A DNA stretch of 64,000 bases, taken from contig CAVXXT010000008.1 in assembly GCA_963765815.1 (NCBI GenBank), positions 370,666 to 434,665 of the forward strand. Reading direction: 5' to 3'. Both the position numbers and the translations under genes were made by a program. The notes under the pieces were generated by a model. The model made no database searches. It saw only the letters and a program-made list of their open reading frames with translations, and was not told where the DNA came from. Below are positions 58,226 to 64,000 of this stretch, piece after piece. How positions within the stretch are numbered: position 1 is the stretch's first letter; each line of letters begins with the position of its first letter. The DNA is from an uncultured Actinomycetota bacterium (lineage in GTDB: Bacteria; Actinomycetota; Actinomycetes; BP-191).

Positions 58226-59428
58226 CTAGGCGATCTCCCGCAGGAGCGCGCCGAGCCGGATCACGCCGGTCTCGAGGTCCTCGTCGCCGAGCGCGTAGGA
58301 CAGCCGGGCGTAGCCGGGCGCGCCGAACGCCTCGCCAGGCACGACCGCGACGCCCACCTCGTCGAGCACGATCTCGGCCAGCTCGGCGGTCGTCGCCGGC
58401 GTACGCCCGCGCAGCGGCCGGCCGAGCACGCCGTGCAGCGACGGGAACGCGTAGAACGCGCCGGTCGGCTCCTCGCAGACGACGCCGGGGATCTCGTTGA
58501 GCATCCGGTGCATGGTCAGCCGCCGGCGGTCGAACGCCGCGCGCATCTCCGCGACCGCGGACAGGTCGCCGGAGACGGCGGCGAGCGCAGCAGCCTGCGC
58601 CACGTTGCAGACGTTGCTGGTCGCATGCGACTGCAGGTTGCTCGCACCGGCGATGACGTCCGGCGGGCCGAGCAGCCAGCCCACCCGCCACCCGGTCATC
58701 GCGTAGGTCTTCGCGACGCCGTTGACCACGATGCAGCGGTCGGCGATCGCCGGCACGACGACCGGCATCGACACATGCCGGGCTTCCCCATAGGTGAGGT
58801 GCTCGTAGATCTCGTCGGTGATGATCCAGATGCCGTGCTCGGCCGCCCACAGCCCGATCGCCTCGACCTGCTCGGGCGGGTAGACGGACCCGGTCGGGTT
58901 CGACGGGGAGCAGAACAGCAGCGCCTTCGTCCGCGGGGTGCGCGCGGCCTCGAGCTGCTCGACGCTGACGCAGAACGCGCTCGAGGTGTCGGTCTCGATC
59001 GCCACCGGCACGCCGCCGGCGAGCGCGATCGCCTCCGGATAGGTCGTCCAGTACGGCGCGGGCAGCAGCACCTCGTCGCCCGGGTCGACGATCGTCGCGA
59101 ACGCCTGGTAGACCGCCTGCTTCCCGCCGTTCGTGACGAGGACCTGGCCGGCCGCGACGTCGTAGCCGCTGTCGCGCTTGGTCTTGTACGCGATCGCCTC
59201 ACGCAGCTCGGGCAGGCCCGGGGTCGGCGTGTACTTGTGGAAGCGCGGGCTGCGGCACGCCTCGACCGCCGCCTCGACGATCGCGGCCGGCGTGGGGAAG
59301 TCCGGCTCGCCGGCGCCGAACCCGATGATGTCCCGGCCGGCCGCCTTGAGCGCCTTGGCCTTCGCGTCCACGGCGAGCGTGGCCGACTCGGCGATCGCGC
59401 CGACGCGCGCGGAGATCCGGGAAGCCAT
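58226..59428 (-). CDS. Aspartate/aromatic aminotransferase (class I PLP enzyme)
   Basis: Start at ATG 59428 with a [42 protein letters not shown] (PLP-Lys motif). Confidence 0.9.
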   Translation of the reverse strand: MASRISARVGAIAESATLAVDAKAKALKAAGRDIIGFGAGEPDFPTPAAIVEAAVEACRSPRFHKYTPTPGLPELREAIAYKTKRDSGYDVAAGQVLVTNGGKQAVYQAFATIVDPGDEVLLPAPYWTTYPEAIALAGGVPVAIETDTSSAFCVSVEQLEAARTPRTKALLFCSPSNPTGSVYPPEQVEAIGLWAAEHGIWIITDEIYEHLTYGEARHVSMPVVVPAIADRCIVVNGVAKTYAMTGWRVGWLLGPPDVIAGASNLQSHATSNVCNVAQAAALAAVSGDLSAVAEMRAAFDRRRLTMHRMLNEIPGVVCEEPTGAFYAFPSLHGVLGRPLRGRTPATTAELAEIVLDEVGVAVVPGEAFGAPGYARLSYALGDEDLETGVIRLGALLREIA

Positions 59429-59524
59429 GTGTTGCCCTTCCGACTGGGGTCGACCTGCGAGAGGCTCCGCGACAGCGGTCCTCACCGGTGAGGTAACCCG
59501 AAAGCCCCGAGGGAGTCCAATCAG

Positions 59525-60130
59525 ATGATGGACGTCGACCCTGAGGTCGTCCGGGCGTGCCAGCGTGGCGAGCCCGGCGCCCTCGATGCCCTCATCAGGG
59601 CGTCGTACGCCGACGTCTACTCCCTCGCGCTGCGGCTGGTCCGTGACCGCGAGGAGGCCGCTGACGTCACGCAGGAGGTCTACGTGCGGGTGCTCCGCTC
59701 GGTCGCCGGGTTCCGCGGTGAGTCGAGCTTCGGCACGTGGCTGCACCGCATCACGGTCAACGTCGCGCTCACGTCCATGCGCAAGCGCTCCCGGCGGCCG
59801 ATGCTCGGCATCCACGCGGTCGGCGCGCCCGGCGACGACTCCTACGACACCGTGGCCGACGCGGCGCCCGGGCCGGAGGAGCGGGCCGAGCGGGCCGAGC
59901 TGCTCAGCCGCGCCCAGGCTGCGGTGGCGGCGCTGCCCGAGTCGTCGCGAACGATCGTGATGCTGCGCGACGTCGAGGGGATGTCCACCGCCGAGGTCGC
60001 CGCGCTCACCGGCCTGTCCGAGACCGCCGTCAAGGTCCGGCTGTTCCGCGCCCGCGAGCGCCTGCGCGCCTCCCTGTCCGACGACACTGTGACCCGGCTT
60101 CCCCGTCGGGCGAGGAAGGGCACCGCATGA
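59525..60130 (+). CDS. ECF-type RNA polymerase sigma-70 factor
   Basis: Region 2 ([33 protein letters not shown]) and region 4 HTH ([28 protein letters not shown]). Confidence 0.9.
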   Translation: MMDVDPEVVRACQRGEPGALDALIRASYADVYSLALRLVRDREEAADVTQEVYVRVLRSVAGFRGESSFGTWLHRITVNVALTSMRKRSRRPMLGIHAVGAPGDDSYDTVADAAPGPEERAERAELLSRAQAAVAALPESSRTIVMLRDVEGMSTAEVAALTGLSETAVKVRLFRARERLRASLSDDTVTRLPRRARKGTA

Positions 60131-60555
60131 GCACCCACAGCACCTCCGCCGACCGTGTGACCTGCGCGGCCGTCCGCCCGGACCTGCCCGGGCTCGACGG
60201 CCATGAGCTGTCGACCCGGCGGGCGACCGAGGTGCGCGCTCATCTCGCCGACTGCCCGGAGTGCGCCGAGGTCGCGGCGGGCCACCGCGCCGTACGCCGG
60301 ACTCTCGCCGAGCTCGCGCTCGTGCCGGCGGCCCCGCCCGACACGCTGCTGCCTTCGCTGCTCGCCGCTGCCGCAGAGCCCGGCGCCCGCGAGCGGGTCG
60401 CCGTCTACGGCCGCGGCGTCGTCAGCGGCGCGCGTCCCGGTGTCGCCGCAGCGTCGGCCGGGGTCGGCGCCGTCGCCGCGGCCGGTCTGGGCGTGCTGGC
60501 CTGGCGGGCGCTGCGCTCCCGGCGTACGCCGGTCGCCGTGGGCGAGTCCCGCTAG
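60127..60555 (+). CDS. zf-HC2 anti-sigma factor, single C-terminal TM
   Basis: ATGA overlap with the sigma gene. H-x3-C-x2-C (HLADCPEC). [17 protein letters not shown]. Confidence 0.8.
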   Translation: MSTHSTSADRVTCAAVRPDLPGLDGHELSTRRATEVRAHLADCPECAEVAAGHRAVRRTLAELALVPAAPPDTLLPSLLAAAAEPGARERVAVYGRGVVSGARPGVAAASAGVGAVAAAGLGVLAWRALRSRRTPVAVGESR

Positions 60556-60576
60556 CCGCCCCCCTTCGGCTGGAGG

Positions 60577-61785
60577 TCAGGCCGGGAGGGTCGCGAGGAA
60601 CTCGCGCACCAGCCGGTGCGTCTCGGTCGGCTGCTCGAACTGCGGCACGTGCCCGCAGTCGGGGAGCACGACCGACTGGGCACCGGGCACGGCGTCGACG
60701 ACGTGCCGCGCGAAGCCGGCCGGCACCAGCCGGTCGCGGTCGCCCCACACGAACAGCGCCGGCGCCGACAGGGCGGGCAGCCTGGTCCAGAAGCCCTCGG
60801 TGCCGAATGCGTCGTCGAGGTAGATCGACCGCAGGGCGCTGAAGAACGCCACGCGGTGGCGGCGGCTGCGGTAGACGCGCACGAACTCGCCGGCGGCGGC
60901 GTCGTAGGACTGCGGGGTCAGCCGGTCCGGGCGGGAGAACATCCCGCGCACCGCGCGCTGCGCTATCCCCTGCGTCATCGGCAGCGGCAGCGCGGCGGCT
61001 TCCGGGCGGAGCAGCCGCACGAGCGGCACGAACTGGCGCAGCCGCCGGAACGCGACCGCGGGCGAGAGCAGCACGAGCCCCGCGACCCGCTCGGGTGCCG
61101 CGAGGGCGACCTCCAGAGCGACGCGCCCACCGAGGCTGTTGCCGAGCAGGACCGCCCGGTCGATCTCCCGGTCGTCGAGGAACGCGGTGAGCCACTCGGC
61201 GAAGAACCGCGCGTCGTACCGCGCGAGTGGCGCGGCACTCGCACCGTGCCCCGGCAGGTCGGGGGCGACCACGTGGTGGTCGGCCGCGAGGTCCCACACG
61301 GTCGGCAGAAGGGACGCGTTCGTCGCGCCGAGCCCGTGCAGGCCGACGACCGGCAGCCCGCCCGGCTCACCCGCCTCGAGGTACGCCGTGCGCACCCCGC
61401 GGGCCCGGGTCATCCCTCCGCGCGGGAACCGGGCCGGGCGCTGCGCCGCGGGGTCGAACAGGCCGTCGAGCTGCAGCGACAGCGCGAGGTTGCCGTCGAC
61501 GGCGATGCGCCGCTGCAGGAACGCCTCGATGCCCGAGGTCTCCCCGCTGACCACGGCGAGCAGCGTCGCGGCGTCGCCGCGGATGCGCGTCGTCGGATCG
61601 CCGAGCGCTCCTGCGTGCACTGACACGGAGCCGCGGTCGAGGTCGACCGTGCAGGCGTCGGCGCCGCCGTCGAGCACGACGCGGGCCCGGATGCCGACGA
61701 GCGCGGGCCCGAGCTCGTCGCGCACGCGTCGGCGTACCGCCTGCTCGAGCAGGCCGGTCGCGGAGGCCAGGTCCGGCTCACCCAT
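60577..61785 (-). CDS. SCP2-like lipid-binding domain fused to an alpha/beta hydrolase
   Basis: N-terminal ...IRGDAATLLAVVSGETSGIEAFLQRRIAVDGNLALSLQLDGLF. C-terminal HGLGAT, GNSLGG nucleophile elbow, ...DCGHVPQFEQP. Confidence 0.8.
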   Translation of the reverse strand: MGEPDLASATGLLEQAVRRRVRDELGPALVGIRARVVLDGGADACTVDLDRGSVSVHAGALGDPTTRIRGDAATLLAVVSGETSGIEAFLQRRIAVDGNLALSLQLDGLFDPAAQRPARFPRGGMTRARGVRTAYLEAGEPGGLPVVGLHGLGATNASLLPTVWDLAADHHVVAPDLPGHGASAAPLARYDARFFAEWLTAFLDDREIDRAVLLGNSLGGRVALEVALAAPERVAGLVLLSPAVAFRRLRQFVPLVRLLRPEAAALPLPMTQGIAQRAVRGMFSRPDRLTPQSYDAAAGEFVRVYRSRRHRVAFFSALRSIYLDDAFGTEGFWTRLPALSAPALFVWGDRDRLVPAGFARHVVDAVPGAQSVVLPDCGHVPQFEQPTETHRLVREFLATLPA

Positions 61786-63158
61786 CGAGCGCGGCCTCCA
61801 GACCGCTCAGCTCCGCTTCGAGGTGCGTCAGCAGTCGCTGCAGGTGCGGCACGGTGCGGCGGCAGCCGACGATCCCGAACTGCAGCTCGCCGGTGTAGCT
61901 GCACGACCGTGATGTTCATCGCCTGCCCGTGCAGCGGGATGGACAGCGGGTAGAGGCCCTGCAGCCTCGCGCCGCGCCAGTAGAGCGGGTCGCGCGGCCC
62001 GGGCACGTTCGAGATCACCAGGTTGAACGGCGGCGGGCTCACCCGGTGCAGCCCGAGCAGGGAGTTCAGCCCGAGCGGCGCCATGATCACGGCGCTCAGC
62101 GCCGTCGCCTGCGTCTGGTTCAGGCCGGCGAAGGCGGCCTTGCCGGCGCGCATCGACGCCTTGACCGCCTCGAGCCGCTCGGTCGGCGACTCCCGGTCGG
62201 TGCCGAGGTGGCACAGGATCGTGCCGACCGCGTTGCCGGCCTCGCCGTCGTCCGGTACGTCGTCGCTGCGCAGGGACACCGGGGTCATCGCCACCAGCGA
62301 CGCGTCCGGCAGCGCGTCCTGCTCGATCAGGTAGGTGCGCAGGGCGCCCGAGCACATCGCGAGCATGACGTCGTTGATCGTCGCGTCCGCGCGCTTGGCG
62401 ACACCGCGGATCCGCTCCAGCGACCACGACTGCGCGGCGAAGCGCCGACTTCCGGTGATGCCGAGGTTGAACATGCTCTTCGGCGCCTGCCCCGGCAGCG
62501 CCGTCGCCTGGTGCCGCAGCCCCTGCTCGGCCATCCGCGCCATCGTCGGGAGCACGCCGACGAGGTCGCCCGCGAGCCGAAGCCCGGCCATCGGCAGCGC
62601 AGTCAGGCCGCCCCCGTCGCGGTCCGCTCGCTCGCGCTTGGGCCGGATGTTGCCCCACGGCATCGGGGTGGTCAGGTCGTCGGGGTCGGTCGAGAGACTC
62701 CGCTGGAGCAGCCGCATCCCGGACACCCCGTCCAGCAGCGCGTGGTGCATCTTGCTGTAGATCGCGACCCGGTTGTCGGACACGCCCTCGATCAGGTGCG
62801 TCTCCCAGAGCGGCCGGTGCCGGTCCAGGAGCGTGCCGTGCAGTCGTGAGGTCAGGGCGAGCAGCTCGCGGATCCGGCCGGGGCCGGCCAGCGCCGAGTG
62901 CCGCACGTGGTGCTCGAGGTCGACGTCGCGCTCCTCCACCCAGGTCCACTGCCCGAGGGTGAGAGGCGAGCGGTGCGCGCGCTTGCGGAACAGCGGCGCG
63001 ACCTCCTCGACCTCGACCGACTCGCGGTAGAGCTCGGCGACGTGCTCGGGCCCGGCGCCGGCCGGCAGCTCGAAGATCTGCAGGCTCCCCACGTGCATGG
63101 GCTGCTCGCGCGACTCGGTGAGCATGAAGGCGGCGTCGGTGACCGGCATGAGTCCCAT
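61778..63158 (-). pseudogene. Wax ester synthase / diacylglycerol acyltransferase (WS/DGAT) with an apparent frameshift near 61898-61904
   Basis: HHALLDGVSG (HHxxxDG) and full-length family collinearity up to ...GQAMNITVV. The conserved C-terminus SYTGELQFGIVGCRRTVPHLQRLLTHLEAELSGLEAALDG* is in another frame and stops at 61780..61778, overlapping the ATG of the next gene. Confidence 0.85.
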
Positions 63159-63304
63159 CGGGGTACTGCATCACGGACGGGGGGCGGCCCGCCACGCGGC
63201 CGGCCGCGGGTTGGCCGGTCCGGGCGTCCGACGTACACTGCTCATTCTGGGCGCGATCGTGTCCCTGCCACGGCGTGCCCGCGGCCGGGTCGGGCCGCGC
63301 TCGG

Positions 63305-63377
63305 AGGGCAGTGGCTCAACTGGCAGAGCTCCGGTCTCCAAAACCGGCGGTTGGGGGTTCGAGTCCCTCCTGCCCTG
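63305..63377 (+). tRNA. trpT: tRNA-Trp (CCA)
   Basis: Acceptor AGGGCAG/CTGCCCT. Anticodon loop CUCCAAA. TTCGAGT T-loop. 73 nt. Precedes secE as in other actinobacteria. Confidence 0.9.
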
Positions 63378-63441
63378 CACTGTGTTCGCGTCACCGCGTC
63401 CCGTGTCACCCGTTTCTCGACTGCGAAGAGGTACGACCCAC

Positions 63442-63714
63442 GTGAGCAGCACCACCACGGCCGAGTCGCCGGTCCCGGCCCCCGCCGCGGGCGGCAAGGG
63501 CGCGGGCCGTCGCGGCAAGCGCCGCGGCCCGTTCGCGCGCACCGCGCTGCTCTACCGCGAGGTCGTCGCCGAGCTCCGCAAGGTCATCTGGCCGACCCGG
63601 CGCGAGCTGATCGGCTACACCACCGTCGTGCTGGTGTTCGTCACCTTCATGGTCGCCCTGGTCGCCCTGTTCGACTTCGGCTTCGTGAAGTTCGTCGGCG
63701 CGCTGTTCGGCTAG
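63442..63714 (+). CDS. secE: Preprotein translocase subunit SecE
   Basis: GTG 63442 after AAGAGG. FARTALLYREVVAELRKVIWPTRRELIGYTTVVLVFVTFMVALVALFDFGF. Confidence 0.9.
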   Translation: MSSTTTAESPVPAPAAGGKGAGRRGKRRGPFARTALLYREVVAELRKVIWPTRRELIGYTTVVLVFVTFMVALVALFDFGFVKFVGALFG

Positions 63715-63765
63715 GGCCGCACCCGCACCCCGCCCCGACGGCCAACCACTAAGGAATCGCATCCC

Positions 63766-64000
63766 GTGTCCGACAACTCCCTGACCTTCGACGAGCGCGA
63801 CCCGCAGGACGCGCCGGTGGCTGACGAGGCCCCCGGCTCGGCGCCTGCCGGCGACGCGTTCGACGAGCTGCTGCGCCGCGCCGAGGCGGGCGACCTGCCC
63901 GACGGCCTGGCGGAGGCGCCGGACGAGACCCCCGCGATCGACCTCACCGCCGGGTCACCCGCCGAGGAGGCTGATGACGACGACACCGGTCTCCTGGCCG
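63766..64000 (+). CDS. nusG: Transcription termination/antitermination factor NusG, 5' part only (acidic actinobacterial N-terminal extension)
   Basis: AAGGAA SD, GTG 63766. The acidic low-complexity N-terminus (VSDNSLTFDERDPQDAPVADEAPG...) runs off the window. Assignment rests mainly on the conserved secE-nusG synteny. Confidence 0.6.
   Translation, partial: MSDNSLTFDERDPQDAPVADEAPGSAPAGDAFDELLRRAEAGDLPDGLAEAPDETPAIDLTAGSPAEEADDDDTGLLA

Noticed and set aside
58166-59491. 441-aa plus-strand ORF opposite the aminotransferase gene
   Set aside because: Arg/Asp/Gly-rich shadow frame. The minus-strand aminotransferase has PLP-Lys and family motifs and a good SD.
59492-59517. ECF-type promoter look-alike GGTAAC-N17-GTC just upstream of the ECF sigma gene (possible autoregulation)
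   Set aside because: The putative -10 overlaps the GGGAG that serves better as the Shine-Dalgarno for ATG 59525. It would also leave essentially no 5' UTR. The evidence is too weak to call.

Overview
Very GC-rich actinobacterial core-chromosome window. The order tRNA-Tyr ... tRNA-Thr, tRNA-Met, rpmG, MaoC-type dehydratases ... tRNA-Trp, secE, nusG is the classic Actinomycetota arrangement. No mobile elements, integrases or CRISPR arrays are visible. The window is mostly a respiratory and quinone region, laid out in this order. (1) A minus-strand operon encodes a small membrane protein, a 2x[4Fe-4S] ferredoxin, a cytochrome b6-type protein and a subunit-IV-like protein; it runs off the left edge. 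(2) System II cytochrome c maturation genes resA-ccdA-resB-ccsB. (3) A CcoN-like/CcoO-like/small-TM trio in which the CcoN-like protein appears to have lost its haem and copper ligands. (4) Futalosine-route menaquinone genes (UbiD/UbiA/UbiX-type, mqnE, mqnA, mqnC, menG, a geranylgeranyl reductase), interspersed with a bldC-like gene, an Lrp regulator, an LPXTG surface protein, csoR plus a copper P-type ATPase, and a cupredoxin/beta-propeller fusion. (5) A canonical 14-gene nuoA-N operon followed by a polyprenyl synthase. (6) A second, 10-gene nuo cluster (A-B-C-H-I-J-K-L-M-N) with no nuoD/E/F/G. (7) htpX, yajQ, a GGDEF-EAL protein, three further tRNAs, rpmG, fatty-acid dehydratase genes, an aspartate aminotransferase, an ECF sigma/anti-sigma pair, and a WS/DGAT plus SCP2-hydrolase pair. 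The most interesting observations are these. The second nuo module lacks NuoD, and its NuoI carries a C-terminal Lys/Ala-rich module that is 27/32 identical to the N-terminus of the subunit-IV-like protein about 44 kb away. The CcoN homologue looks ligand-less but is coupled to an intact CcoO-type cytochrome c. The b6/subunit-IV operon has no Rieske gene in view and is headed by a ferredoxin. Six apparent single-site frameshifts fall in otherwise well-conserved genes: ubiD-type (two), LPXTG protein, nuoI, nuoJ and WS/DGAT. All homology calls come from reading motifs by eye; no database search was possible.
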